From Mobula hypostoma (Eukaryota): a stretch of 64,000 nt of DNA. Of the stretch, positions 35,501-48,369 are shown piece after piece. The position numbers and the translations under genes are program-made. The notes under the pieces were generated by a model. The model did not search any database, was not told the origin of the DNA, and was given only the letters and a program-made list of their open reading frames with translations. The stretch is taken from NCBI RefSeq assembly GCF_963921235.1, contig NC_086101.1, positions 3,722,001 to 3,786,000 of the forward strand. Reading direction: 5' to 3'. Numbering within the stretch: the first letter of the stretch is position 1; every line of letters begins with the position of its first letter.

Positions 35501-37950
35501 TGTTTTCTGTTGCTGGAAAGGGCCTGGCTAAGGTGATGCTTCAGAGACTCATCAGCAACATCACCGAGTCAATGCTGCCTGAATCACAGTGTGAATTTAG
35601 GAAGAACAGCAGCACGATCGACATGATCCTCACAGCCCAGCAGCTTCAGGAAAAGTGCCGGGAGCAACATCAGGACCTGTTTATGGCCTTTTTCAACCTC
35701 TCCAGGGCATTCGACACTGTGCAAAGAGAGCTCTTATGGGATGTCCTCCTCAGGTTTGGCTGTCCCAATAAATTTGTTAACATCCTCCGCCAGTTCCACG
35801 ATGGGATGACTGCTCGGGTGATCATGGGAAGACAAGAGTCCGAGCCCTTCCTTGTATGCACAGGGGTGAGGCAGGGGTGTGTACTAGCTCCACTGCTCTT
35901 TAACATCTTCCTCTTGTGTGTTACCAAACTTCTCCACAACGAGACTGAAGACAGCAGCGGTGTGGCAGTGGACGTCAGATTAGATGGCAACCTCTTTGAC
36001 ATCAGGAGGCTTCACGCAACCACCAAACTCCATAGAGAGCGGGTCCTGGAGCTGCAGTATGCTTGCGACTGTGGTTTTGTGGCCCATACTCCAGAGGATC
36101 TTCAGACTGTCCTTGCTGTGGTGGTGAGAGTGTACAGCGGGATGGGGCTGACTGTCAATATCACCAAGACAGAGTGGTTTGCCAATGGAGTACCAGTGTC
36201 CCACCCACTCTACCTGCCTTCACTGTTGGTGATGAAAAGCTGTCAGTAGTGCCATCTTTCAAATATCTGGGGAGCATTCTCTCTGAGGATAGCGGCATTG
36301 ATGACATCCAGAGCCGCATTAAACAGGCATCAGCTGCCTTTGGGAGACTTCAGTGTAGAGTCTTTCAGAACAGGAGCCTTCGTCCCTCCACAAAGGTCGC
36401 CGTATACCAAGCAGTCTGTGTCACCACCCTCCTTTATAGCTGTGAAGCTTGGGTAACCTACAGCCGTCACATCAAGTCCTTGGAGCGCTTCCACATAAGC
36501 TGCCTCCAGCACATCCTGGGAATTACCTGGTGTGAGCGGGTGCCTCACACTGAAATACTTGTAAAGACCAACTGCAGAAGTATTGAGGCCATGATCACCC
36601 AGCGTCAGCTGCAGTGGCTGGGGCACGTGATAAGGATGTCCATGTCGGCTACCCTGCAGAGTGTTATACGGCCAGATACATCATGGTCGACGCTCAGCTG
36701 GAGGGCCGAAGAAGCGCAATAATGATCAGATGAAGAATGCTTTAAGGAAGTGAAAGATTAGACCCGAGGACCTGAAGGATGTTGCTGCTGACTGTACCAC
36801 TTGGTGACAGCTGCGTAGGGACAGGGTTCATATCCTGGAGATGGAAAGAACAACCAGAAGACAGCAGAAGAGAGCCAGGAGAAATGCAGCCATGGTTGCC
36901 ACCACCACCACATATACATGTCCCACCTGCAATAGAGCTTGTGGGTCCAGGATAGGACTGTATAGTCATCAAAGATCTCACCGTTAAAGGAGTGGACGTC
37001 GTTATCGGATTTCAATGGACAACCGAAGAAGAAGAAGAAGAGAGAAGGAGACGTCGAAGCTCAAATAACATTTACAAATTTGCTGATGATACAACCACTG
37101 TTGGTCGAATCTCAGATGGAGTCGAGTGGGCGTACAGAAGGAACATATACCAACTAGTGGAGGGTACCGCAGCAACAATCTTGCACTCAAAGTCAGTAAG
37201 ACGAAAGAGCTGATTGTGAACTTCAGGAAGGGTAAGATGAAAGAATTAATTTCTAAGGTAGGGACATGTTCGGCACAACTTTGTGGGCCGAGGGGTTTGT
37301 ATTGTGCTGTAGGCTTTCTATGTTTCTAACACATTCCAATCCTCGTAGAGAGGTCAGAAGTGGAGAGAGTGAGCAGTTTCAAGTTCCTGGGTGCCAAGAT
37401 CTCTCTGAGGACCTAACTTGGTCCCAACATATCGATGCAGCTATAAATGAGGCAAGACAGCGACTATACATCATTTGAAGTTTGCAGAGATTTGGTTTGT
37501 CAACAAATAATCTCAAAATTTTGACAGACGTACCGTACAGAGCATTTTGAGAGGCTGCGTCACTGTCTGGCATGGGGGGGGGGCGGGTCGGTGGGGGATG
37601 GTGGTGGTGGCTACTGCACAGGACCGAACGAAGCTGCAGAGGGTCATAAAGCTAGTCAGCTGCATCTGGGGAACTGGCCTACAAAGTACCCAGGACATCT
37701 TCTAGGAGCGGTGTCTCAGAAAGGCAGCGTCCATTAAGGACCCCCAGCACCCAGGACATGCCCCTTTCTCACTGTTACCATCAGGTAGGAGGTACAGAAG
37801 CCTGAGGACACACACTCAGCCATTCAGGAGCAGCTTCTTCCCCTCTGCCATCCGATTCCTAAATGGACATTGAACCCATGAACATGACCTCACTTTTTAA
37901 AGATATATTATTTCTGGTTTTGCATGATTTTTAAAATTTATTTAATGTAT
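32515..37950 (+). mobile_element. Rex1/Babar-like LINE RT split by an RTE insertion (pieces 32515-33063 and 37058-37950)
   Basis: [49 protein letters not shown] resumes as SSNNIYKFADDTT after the RTE. Confidence 0.88.
33064..37057 (+). mobile_element. Apparently full-length RTE-clade LINE (pseudogenised)
   Basis: 10-bp TSD agctcaaata (33054-33063 / 37058-37067); ~0.9-kb 5' UTR; EN LKLATWNVRTLLD..LLGDFNARVG..TDHR; RT AFDTV..GVRQGCVLAPLLF..LQYACD; C-terminal C2H2; (gaa)n tail. Confidence 0.93.
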
Positions 37951-37979
37951 ACCGTAATTGATTGGTTTATTTATTTATT

Positions 37980-38530
37980 TTTCTATACTCCCCTTTCACC
38001 TATGACTGCATTCCTGTACACGGTTCTAACTCCGTAATCAAGTTATCAGACTACACCACGGTGGTTGGTCCGATCAGAGGGGATGACGAGACAGCCTACA
38101 GGGATGAGACCCAGCACCTGGCCATGTGCTGTGCCGATAACAATCTGGCCCTTAATACCCGGATGACCAAGGAGATGATTATGGACTGCGGGCATGCTAG
38201 GAGCCACACTCACGTCCCCACCTACATCAACGGAGCTGTAGTGGAGCGTGTATCAAGCTTCAAATTCCTTGGTGTCCACATTTCTGATCATTTCACCTGG
38301 TCCCTGAACTCCTCCATCCTGATCAAAGAGGCACAGCAGCACCTTTATTTCCTGTGGAGGATCAAGAAAGCTAACTTCTGTCCAAGGATACTGACGGACT
38401 TTTATCGCAGTACCATTGAGAGCATACTCACCAACTGCATCTCAGTGTGGTATGGCAATTGTCCGTAAAGCACTCCAGCGGGAGGTGAAAACTGCCCAGC
38501 GGTTATCGGCACCCAGTTACCCAGCGATTT
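37980..38530 (+). mobile_element. Rex1/Babar-like LINE fragment
   Basis: ORF 37962-38468: VERVSSFKFLGVHIS..TIESILTNCISVWYGNC. Confidence 0.8.
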
Positions 38531-38544
38531 GTTCGGGGCACGAC

Positions 38545-40865
38545 TGCGCAAGCACACGGACGTCAGCCAGGTAGAACAGAGAGAAGAGTTTAAAAGGAGA
38601 TGGCATCATAGAGCGGGAGACAGAGTAGGAGGGTGTTGGTTCAACGGAGCTTAGGTGATAACGGGTCGAGGCGAGGTAGGTTATCTGTGTAGAATACAGA
38701 CAGGAAGTATGGGTGTGAGGCCGGTGTTCTGTGCTCGGTGTCAGATGTGGGATATCTGAGAGACTCCCAACCTCCATATCTGCGCCAGGTGCATCGAGCT
38801 GCCGCTCCTGAGGGACCAGGTTAGGGAACTGGAGATGCAGCTTCGATTACCTTCGTCTGGTCAGGGAAAGTGAGGAGGTGATAGAGAGGAGCTATAGGCA
38901 AGTGGTCACACCAGGGCCTCGGGAGACAGATAAGTCGGTAACAGTCAGGAGAGGGAAGGGCTAGAGTTAGATGCTAGAGAGAAACCCTGTGGTTGTCTCC
39001 TTAACAATAAGTACTCCTGCTTGAGTACTGTTAGGGGGGACAGCCTACCTGGAGGAAACAATAGTGGTCGCGCCTCTGGCACAGAGTCTGGCCCTGTGGC
39101 TCAGAAGTGTAGCGAAAGGAAGAGGATAACAGCAATGATAGGGAACTCTGTAGTTAGGGGGTCAGACAGGCGATTCTGTGGACGCAGGGAAGAAACACGG
39201 ATGGTAGTTTGCCTCTCAGGTACCAGGGTCCGGGATGTTTCTGATCGCGTCCACCATATCCTGAAATGAGAAGGTGAACATCCAGAGGTCGTGGTACATA
39301 TTGGTACCAATGACATGGGTAGGAACAGTTGAGAAGCAGGACCTCAAAGCTAGTAGATTGCTGAGCCTCTGGCGATGATGTTTGCAACATCAATGGGGAC
39401 GAGAGAGGTTCCAGAGAATTGGAGGGTTGTGGATATTGTTCCCTTATTCATGAAAGGGAGTTGAGATAGCCCAATAAATTATAGGCCAGTGAGTCTTACT
39501 TCAGTGCTTGGGAAGTTGATGGAAAAGATCCTGAGAGGCAGGATTTATGAACATTTGGAGAGGAATAAAATGATTAAGAATAGTCAGCATGGCTTTGTCA
39601 AGGGCAGGTCGTGCCTTACGAGCCTGATTGAATTTTTTGAGGATGTGACTATGCACATTGATGAAGGAAGAGCATTAGATATAGTGTATATGGATTTTAA
39701 TAAGGTATTTGATAAGGTACCCCATGCCAGGCTTATTGAGAAAGTAAGGAGGCATGGGATCCAAGGGGACATTGCTTTGTGGATCCAGAATTGGCTTGCC
39801 CACAGAAGGCAAAGAGTGATTGTAGATGGGTCATATTCTGCATGGAAGTCGGGTGACCAGTGGTGTGTCTCAGGGATCAGTTCTGGGTCCCCTTCTCTTC
39901 GTGATTTTTATAAGTGGCCTGGATTAGGAAGTGGAGAGATGGTTTAGTAAATTTGCTGATGACAGAAAGTCTGCGGGTGTTGTGGATAGTGTGGGGGAAT
40001 GTCAGAATTTACAGCGGGACATCGATAGGATGCAAAACTGGGCTGAGAAGTGGCAGATGGAGTTCAACCCAAATAAGTGTGAGGTGGTTCATTTTGGTAG
40101 GTGAAATATGATGGCAGAATATAGTGTTAATGGTAAGAATCTTGGCAGTGTGGAGAATCAGAGGGATCTTGGGGTCCGAGTCCATAGGACGCTCAAAGCT
40201 GCTATGCAGGTTGACTCTGTCGTTAAGAAGGTGTATGAAGGTCGGTTTTCTATGTTTCTTTGTTTCTATAAAAGCAAGGATGTAATGTTGAGACTTTATA
40301 AAGCACTGGTGAGGCCTCACTTGGAATTTTGGTCCCTTATCTTAGAAAGGAGACGTGAAATTGCAGAGGGTTTAAAGGATGTTCACGAAAATGATTCCAT
40401 AGTTGAGTGGCTTGTCATATAAAGAATGTTTGACGGCTCTGGTCCCATATTCATTCGAATTCAAAAGAATGAAGGGCGACCTCATTGTAACCTATCGAAT
40501 GGTGAAAAGTCTTGATAAAGTCGATGTGGAGAGGATGATTGCTATGATTCGAGAGTCTAAGACCAGAGGACACAGCCTCAGAATAGAGGGGCGACCTTTT
40601 AGAATGGAGATAAAGTGGAATTTCTTTAACCAGAGAATACTGAATCTGTGGAATTCTTTGCCACAAGCAACTATGGTGGCCAAGTTTTCATGTATATTTA
40701 ACACAGAGGTTGAGTGATTTTTGATTGTTCAGGACATGAAGGGCTACAGGTAGGATGCAGGAGATTGGTTTGAGAGGAAAATTGGATCAGCCATGATGAA
40801 TTAGCAGACCAGACTGTGTGGGCCAAATATACTAATTCTGCTCCTTTTCTTCTTATGATTTTATA
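38545..40865 (+). mobile_element. Composite of CR1 fragments (5' UTR/ORF1, RT, two 3' ends)
   Basis: ORF1 esterase remnant (IGNSVVRGSDRRFCG), RT ORF 39489-39947, and a second CR1 3' part at 40270-40865. Confidence 0.85.
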
Positions 40866-41417
40866 AGGGGACTGATGGGAAATGGTAAAGTAGTGGTGAA
40901 CTCAGTCAGTGGGGGTGTTGATCACTCCTTCTGCTGGGGAAAGTAACTGTTTTTGAGTCTGGTGGTTCTGCCGTGGATGCTACATGGCCTCATCCCTGGA
41001 AGAGGACGGATCTTTGCCTGGACAATGGACTACACCCTGATGAAAGTTGAAAGACTGGCCCAGGACAGTGGACTCTGCGTAGCTGCTATCGGCGCCTATG
41101 CCCCAGTAGGTGTGATGGGCTTCAGTAATCGAGTGAGCATTTTATAGAACCTTTTCCATCTATTTTGATGTTCCGGAGATTTTCAATGAAAGATCTCAAA
41201 GCCACCGCCATGGATGTGCAATACAGGAAACAAAATTGTGAATCTAATCTCCAGATACTATATATTTTTTATTTATTTAGGGATATCGATGTCTCCTTAA
41301 GTGAAGCTGATTGAGGGGTTAATACTGAACCCAGAACACTGGGGAGATCCCCAGTCCTTTTTCAAATTCTTCAGGAATTTTACTACTTAACATAGCAACC
41401 ATTTATTGGTGAAAATG

Positions 41418-41955
41418 CACTCATTGGCCTCTTTATTAGGTAGACATGTCCACTTTCACATTATTGTAAATACTCATCAGCCAATGGTGCAGCAGCAACT
41501 CGATGCATAAAAGCATGCAGACATGGTCAAGAGTTTCAATCGTTGTTCAGAACAAACCTTGGAATGGGGAAGAAATGTGATCTCAGTGACTTTGACTGTG
41601 GATGATTGTTGGTGCCAGATGGGGTGGTTTGAGTGTCTCACTAACTGCTGATCTCCTGGGATTTTCACACAGAACAATCTCTAGAGGTTACAGAGAATGG
41701 GGCAAAAAGGAAACAAGAAACATTCAGTGAGAGTCAGTTCCATGAGTGATACACCTTGTTCATGAGAGAGGTGGAGGAGACTTGCAGACTGGTTTAAGCT
41801 GACAGGAAGGTGACAGTAACTCAGATAACCGCGTTACAACAGCAGTGTGCAGAAGAGCATCTCTGAATGTATAACACGTCAAAGCTTGAAGTGGACGGGC
41901 GACAGCAGCAGAAGACCATGAACATACACTCTGCGGCCACTTTATTAGTTACAGG
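41418..41955 (+). mobile_element. Tc1/mariner-derived non-autonomous DNA transposon remnant
   Basis: Begins with the TIR-like cactcattggcctctttattaggta. From ~41563 it encodes a frameshifted MGKKCDLSDFD..IVGAR..ADLLGFSHRTISRGYREW, the Tc1 transposase N-terminal HTH. Confidence 0.75.
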
Positions 41956-42534
41956 AGGGACGCAGTGATACTGTTCTCGAGATGCTCAGAAGATAAAGAG
42001 AATCAGTTTCCGGAGGATGCAGGAGAGGTATGGTTAAGGGATGGAATTCCAGGGCTTGGGATCTAACTAGATCCTGAGGGTAGGAACGCCAGTGGTGGAG
42101 TGATGGAAGCTGTGAATGAGCAAGGACCCAGCACTGGAGGAATGTAATTTGAAAATAGCTGCAATTCCAGTCTGGAAGTATAATCAATACCTGGGAACCT
42201 TGTATTGTCTACTGTCAAACCATTCAGGATTCCTTGCTTAATTTTCAGAGACTGAGGAACAAATTCAACTCAATCACAGCTGTGGCAACGATTCACTGGC
42301 ACATTGACTGAGGCGAGGGAAACTGGCCCAGGAGCTCAATGGCCACAGGCTGCAGCCACGGAGTGAGTTCATTGCTGAGGAGAGTGACAATGGCTGTACC
42401 TAGTACAGACAGTGGCAGGAACTGAACCCAGGTCACGGACAGCGTAAAGCATTAACACTAACCACTATGCTATCATGCCCCCAGTACTAAAATCATTCTA
42501 TGTTCTAAAATTAGCTCGTTGGGAGGATTCAGAC

Positions 42535-43622
42535 ACACACAGTTAGAGTCAAGATGGATTCGGTCAATGGAAGACATTAGTGAGTCGGTCGTTGGTTTAA
42601 ACTTTCAGTAGCCCAAAAGGGGTGAGTTGAGATCGATCCTGAGAATTGATAAATGACTCTCACAAGTTTTCTCCAACTAGAACAAGTTTTCAGGAAGAGA
42701 AGAGAGGAGGGATAGGTTTGAAACTGAAGAAACCTAGTGACAAAGAGATCACTGTTTGGGCTCTCTCTCTAAGTAGCCCGTGAGTGTGAGTTTGTTACCA
42801 TTCGACTACGAAAGTGTGATTGTCACTTAGTTAATCCAGAGGAGGGGTTCGCTGGTGAGGGTAAAACCTTTGTGAATACCACGTGTGCATTTATCCTTTA
42901 TCTGGGTGTGGTAGTTCACTGAAGAAGGCACCCCTGTGGCAAATCACTGTTGGAGTTATTCCGTATGTCATGGAACTGGATAAGTCGCTATCACGTTGTG
43001 TGTTTGGGGTAACCTTGTGGAATCTATCGGTGTGTCGACCCTTGCCTGGGTGGTGGTTCCCTTGAAGAGGTTCCCCTTTGTGATAAGCTACTGTTGGTGA
43101 TAATCCATACGTGGATTCTGTTGGAGTATCCTGTGGCCACCAATTTGAGATGTCCCGCAGCTGAATTCGGGTGTGGTACCACTTGTGTTGAAAGGATATT
43201 CGTTGAAGATCACTGTCGGTGGTACTTCGTGTGTGGAGCGGAACAACTTCGGAGATAAAACCTACCACTATTGTTATTTTGTATTGCTGTCGTGGAATCT
43301 GTGGAATATCGACGTAATTGCCTTCTCACAACATTCGCCTTTGGATTACAAACATCTCGCATGAAATATTTGTGCATCTGAACGGAACTTCTCTTATCTA
43401 CCGTCGTAAGACCATATCAATTACTACGTAAGTTTGAAGAAGTCTGGGTTTTGTATTTACACACCTATGTATACGTAAACTCTGCTAACCTGTTTGATTT
43501 ATCTGGTTTTATATCACAGCATTGCGTAGTTACTAATAAAAGTAGTGTCAGTTAACAGCAAACCAGACTCCAGGTGTGTTCCATTTCTGCTGGTTCTTTA
43601 ACCCGTTACGGGGTACATAACA
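42535..43622 (+). mobile_element. 5'-truncated LTR, related to the TGTTACGAAC family
   Basis: 3' end aataaaagtagtgtcagttaacagcaaaccagactcc...gtacataaca parallels 57430-57519. No 5' TG terminus found. Confidence 0.65.
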
Positions 43623-44730
43623 CTCTGAAACTCCGACTGTGCATATGTAGAACCAAATGAAACAACATTTCTGCAGATCACATGCACCCACGAGTATCAC
43701 ACACGGCGCAGAAAGCGGCAAATATTGCCATAAATAAGGTAATAAAATATAATTAAAATGTTCGTAGGCACTGGAGAAGCGCCCAGTGGGCCCGGAGGCA
43801 CAGCAGTTGGTGGAATGCCCACCTTCCTCTCACTTCTGCTTTAACCATTCCTACCCACCTCCAATTATGTCCCGTTCCTCCTCCAATTAAATCCTCATTC
43901 CCAAATCCAGGCAGAAGCTTCACTGGTCCATTGGAGAGACTGATGGCGGGAGAGGTGCATTACATTGGTTACGGGAAGGTCTAGGCCGAGGCCGAGGCTG
44001 CGGGCTGGCCTGTGGCAGTCGCTCAGGGGCGGAGACGCTGAGGCGGTGCTGCCCTCCTGTGTTCGCTCATTGCTGTCCTACCCAGTGGTGTTCACTTGTG
44101 CTGCCCTCCGGCCAGAGAGGGAACCGTCTCCGGCTTCTCCTGCTAAGGCAATGTTGATCCAATTTCTTACTTCATCCTGAATGCCTTCTAATTAAACTGT
44201 GGATCTCATTATCCCTTTGGCCCTTATTTTTCCATCTGAACTCAGCCTGCTTTCAATTACTTCCTTGCAACACTTATAATTGCTTCGGGCCAAACGTTTT
44301 TCATTGCATTCTCTTGTCAGTCAGGGCGTTGAGCACAAGCCAAAGTTACACATCAAATGACACATAATGCACAATTAAAACTCCATCAACAAGGAAATTT
44401 TGGGAAACCTTTAAGATGAATTACCCTCTCTGGTCGGGTCAACCATAAAGTTCAAACATTCAAAGTAAATGTATTATCAAAATGTGTCTGTGACACCAGA
44501 TTCTATCCTGACCTGAGATTTATTTTCTTGCGGGCATTCACTGTAAGTACACAGGAACACAATAGAATGAAAATCCACACAAAGACTGGTAAACAACCGA
44601 TGCATTGTGAGAATAATAAATGAATAAATAAATAATCCTGAGAGCATGAGGTGTCGAGTCATTGATGTGAGTCCAGAGGTTGTGGAATCAGTTCAGCGCC
44701 GAGGTGAGTTCATTCCATTGCCGTTTGTAA

Positions 44731-44817
44731 CCAGACGGTGGCGATGGTGAGCGGCCCAAAGATCTGTGCAGATTCACGGTGCAGCATCGCCACCTGCTGC
44801 TGGACACAGGTACTGCA
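44731..44817. promoter_or_regulatory. CTCF-like cassette copy (inverted relative to 29945)
   Basis: - site: TGCAG-N12-GCAGCAGGTGGCGATG (44817-44785). + core: CCAGACGGTGGCGATG (44731-44746). Confidence 0.55.
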
Positions 44818-44935
44818 GGAACAAAATGTTGCAGGCGGGAGATGGTGCAGAGTGACGGTGGAAAATGGATTCGCGTAGAGTGCGATCCCGACAGGAAACT
44901 AATGTTATACTGTTGTGTGAACATTGATGGTTGTT

Positions 44936-45082
44936 GGGCACGGCAACCTGGCGGTAGTGCAATCGCTTTACAGCGCCAGCGATTCCTGATCGGAGTTCAA
45001 TTCCGGCGTTGTCTGCAAGGTATTCTTCCCGTTACCGTGGGGAGTTCCTCTGTGTGCAGCGGGATCCTCCCATATTCCAACC
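44936..45082 (+). mobile_element. tRNA-head SINE
   Basis: B-box-like ggagttcaattcc and cctcccatattccaa core; paralog at 55210-55355. Confidence 0.65.
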
Positions 45083-45459
45083 AGGGATGAGAAAGAAGCT
45101 CTGTTGTGGCCGATTGCAGATTTTTTTACGGGCACTCAGGGGACTGGGGCCTGAAGCTGCGGGGTCGCTCGCTTTCAGCCGCTGGAGGGGAGCCGTTCGA
45201 ACCATCGCCCTCTACCGGGGCCGGCGCAGCGCATTTGTGGCGACTGAAGAATTAAAATGGACCGAGTGGTCCGGGCTATATGAATATATATTAGTCTGCT
45301 TGTGTTTTTACTGATATCTTATATGTGTTTGTACATACGAGTACTGGGCCTCAAAGCCACGGATTCGTCTACCAGGAGTCGGGCATCGGGGCGAAGACTG
45401 AGGCTCAAAGCCATGATGTCGCCTCGCGGGCGTCGGAGGCCAGGCGACAGATGATATCC

Positions 45460-46448
45460 ATAAGGCCATAAGACAGAGGAGCAGAATTAGGCAATTAAAC
45501 CCATCGAGTCTGTTACACCAGTCCATCATGACTGATCCCGGATCTCACTGAACCCCACACATCTGTCTTCTCGCCATATCCTTTGATGCCCTGACCGATC
45601 AAGAAACTATCCATTTACGCCTTAAATATACCCACGGACTTGGCCTCAACCAAAGTCTCTGGCAGAGTATTTCACAAATTTACTACTGTGGCTTAAAAAA
45701 ACCTCCTCTTTACCCCTTTTCTAAAGGGTTCCTCTCAATTTTGAGGCTGTGCCCTCTAGTTCTGGATACCCCTACCATCGGAAACATTCTCTCAACATCC
45801 ACTCTATCTAGTCCTTTCAACATTCCGTTGGTATCAATGAGATTCCACCCCCCCCCCCCGCACCTTGCATTCTTCTAAATCCCAGTGAGTTCAGGCCTAG
45901 AGCTGCCAAACGCTCCTCATATGTTAACACCTTCATTCCCGGAATCATCCTGGCGAACCTCCTCTGGACTCTCTCCAATGACAACACATCCTTTCTGAGA
46001 TAAGGGGCCCAATATGTCAAGTGCAGCCTGACGAGAGTCTTATAAAGGCTCAACATTACTCCTTGTTTTTATATTCCATTCTCCTTGAAATTAATGTCCA
46101 CATTGCATTTGCCTTCTTCACCACAGATTCAGCCTGTAAAATTAACCTTCTGGGAGTCTTGCACGTGGACTCCAAACTCTGTTTGCAGCTCTGATGTTTA
46201 AGTTTTCTCCCCATTTAGATAATAGTCTGAACCTTTTTTCATTTTACCAAAATGTTTTATCCAACACTGTATTCCATCTGCCATTTTTCTGCCCATTTGT
46301 CTAAGTCCTGCTGCAATCGCATTGCTTTCTCAGCACTACATATCCCTTCAAATATCTTTGTATCATTTGTAAATTTTGCCAGAAAGCCATCAATTTTATT
46401 ATCTAAATCACTGACAATGCGACAAGTAGCGGTCCCAATACTGACCCC
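45460..46448 (-). mobile_element. CR1 3' fragment
   Basis: ORF 45817-46056 MLSLYKTLVRLHL..LERVQRRFARMIPG; 3' UTR at 45460. Confidence 0.85.
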
Positions 46449-46608
46449 TGTTACGAACCCACAGGTTTCGTTTACTGTGGACTGTCACTTTAAGAGCGCC
46501 TGAGTGAGGCAGGACTATGACGTCAGTCACAGGCTGCTGCGAACTTAAACAGAAACAGAGAGAGAGAGAGAGAGACAGAGAGAGACAGAGAGAGAGAGAC
46601 AGAGAGAC

Positions 46609-46641
<33 letters not shown>

Positions 46642-47085
46642 GAGAGAGAGAGAGGGAGATAGACAGAGAGAGAGAGACAGAGAGAAAGAGAGAGACAGAG
46701 AGAGAGAGAGAGACAGAGAGAGGGAGAGAGAGAGAGAGAGAGACTGGGGAAGCCGGTAGCTTCAGCTTGTCACAGCTGGGGCTTGGAACTCTCTTGTGCC
46801 CACAAGGGTGGGTTAAACATCGGCACGGAGTGCATAACGAATGTGTGACTGTCCCTGTTTGGGGGTATCTTGTGGGACCACTTTTGTAGCCCTTGCCTGG
46901 GTCTGTTGTGTGGTAACCACTGGAAGACGATATTCCCGTGACGGGTCACTTTCGGTGATCATTCGGATGTGGATTTGGAACGGCAGGACGGACAGGATCT
47001 GCGGGGACTGTTATCTCGTTTTACCATCGTGGAATCTGTGGAATACTTCGTACTTACCTTATCTCTGTGTTTCACCTTGGATGTG
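46449..47085 (+). mobile_element. Truncated LTR (TGTTACGAAC family) with an internal GA/GACA microsatellite (46553-46743)
   Basis: Starts tgttacgaac after cccc, at the same site as the 56708 copy; the 3' part is replaced by a LINE tail. Confidence 0.88.
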
Positions 47086-47523
47086 TGAAACGATGTGTGA
47101 AACACCTGTCTAAGTTGCATGCCATCTTGGTCAAGGTCTCCCATCCACTACATAATGTACTGGGTGGGCACAGGAGTACATTCAGCCAGAGGCTCATTCC
47201 ACCGAGATGCAGCACTGAGCGTCATAGGAAGTCATTCCTGCCTGTGGCCATCAAACTTTACAACTCCTTCCTTGGAGGATCAGACACCCTGAGCCAATAA
47301 GCTGGTCCTGGACCTATTTCATAATTTACGTATTACTATTTAACTATTTATTACTATTTTTCTATTACTATTCTATTACTAGTTATTATTTCCATGACAA
47401 TTACTATTTACTATTTACTAATAGTAGTATTACTACTACTATTTCTATTACTATTTATTATTTATGGTGCAATTGTAACGAAAACCAATTTCCCCCGGGA
47501 TCAACAAACTATGACTATGACTA
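47085..47523 (+). mobile_element. Rex1/Babar-like LINE 3' end
   Basis: SHPLHNVL..RLIPPRCSTERHRKSFLPVAIKLYN; (actatg)n tail at ~47508-47523. Confidence 0.75.
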
Positions 47524-47570
47524 ATTTGACTTTGCTCCAGCAGAGAGTTGCACTTTGAGCCTGCCCTGCC

Positions 47571-47603
47571 TGCAGTACCGGTTTCCAGCAGCAGGTGGCG
47601 ATG
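47571..47603 (+). promoter_or_regulatory. CTCF-like site (cassette copy)
   Basis: TGCAG-N12-GCAGCAGGTGGCGATG; homologous to 29945-29976. Confidence 0.55.
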
Positions 47604-47692
47604 CCGCGCCGCGAAACTGCACTGATCTTCAGGCTAACACGTGCAAAACGTTGGAGGAACTCAGCAGGACGGGCAGCATCCGTGGAAACGAA

Positions 47693-47730
47693 CAGTCAAC
47701 GTTTCGGGCCGAGACCCTTCGTCAGGACTG
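47693..47730 (-). ncRNA. Minimal type-I hammerhead ribozyme motif (Penelope pLTR)
   Basis: Minus strand: CAGUC CUGACGA A GGGU-CUCG-GCCC GAAA CG UU^ GACUG. 5-bp stem I, intact core, stem II and palindromic ACGU helix III. Lies in a ~95-bp insert flanked by TSD actgatcttcaggct (47621-47635 / 47727-47741). Confidence 0.82.
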
Positions 47731-48369
47731 ATCTTCAGGCTGCTCCCCATCCCATCCTCACAGTGAATGCAGCACTGTCATAAACTGAACCTTCTCACAT
47801 CGATCAGCTGGATTGGCGGGATCCTGAATTCTGGACATTAACAAAGATGAACTACCGTTTTACAAAATAGCAGAACATCAGATCGGACAAATTTCCCAAC
47901 TTCCACACACATCTTCACTTTCCATACAGGCACGTAATCAGACGCTGCCAATCCCCCATGACTCCAAACACAATCACTGATCTTTAAGGATATCTTTCCA
48001 TCCCCAGTTTTAGTTTTGCTCTGACGTGAATCTAAAATCCGCCGTGACAAACCTTTACAAATCACAGAAACTGCTGGTGAAGGTGCGCTTCCCTGCGTGG
48101 CCAGCAGGTGGGAGAATTGCTCCAGTTATTCGCTCTCACACTCTGTTTTCACCCAGTCGGGACGGAATGTACCAGCAGATGCTAAGTGCACCTCTCTAAG
48201 GTTGGTGGGTAGAATACTTCGTTCATGAGAATAAAACAGCTCCCAGCTTAAATTGTGCTATATTACTGAAGCCCCCCAGTCACGGTAACACGCTCATGCA
48301 GCGGCGAGCTTTGCAATTTAGTGATACCTTGAGTCTCTGCACCCTGAGATGCCGATCTGCGCCAAGGAG

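Larger units (their letters stand above)
43715..47085 (+). repeat. Segmental duplication copy A (paralog of 53835-57245)
   Basis: Co-linear unique sequence, CTCF cassette, SINE, minus-strand CR1 and an LTR at the identical CR1 position in both copies. Confidence 0.93.

Noticed and set aside
43965..44260. ORFs conserved in both duplicate copies (43965-44180 / 54114-54299, 45009-45314 / 55283-55588) and a minus-strand GTAAG donor
   Set aside because: The similarity is explained by the duplication. The ORFs have non-ATG starts and no domain, overlap SINE or degraded CR1 sequence, and the candidate minus-strand exon has stops in all frames.
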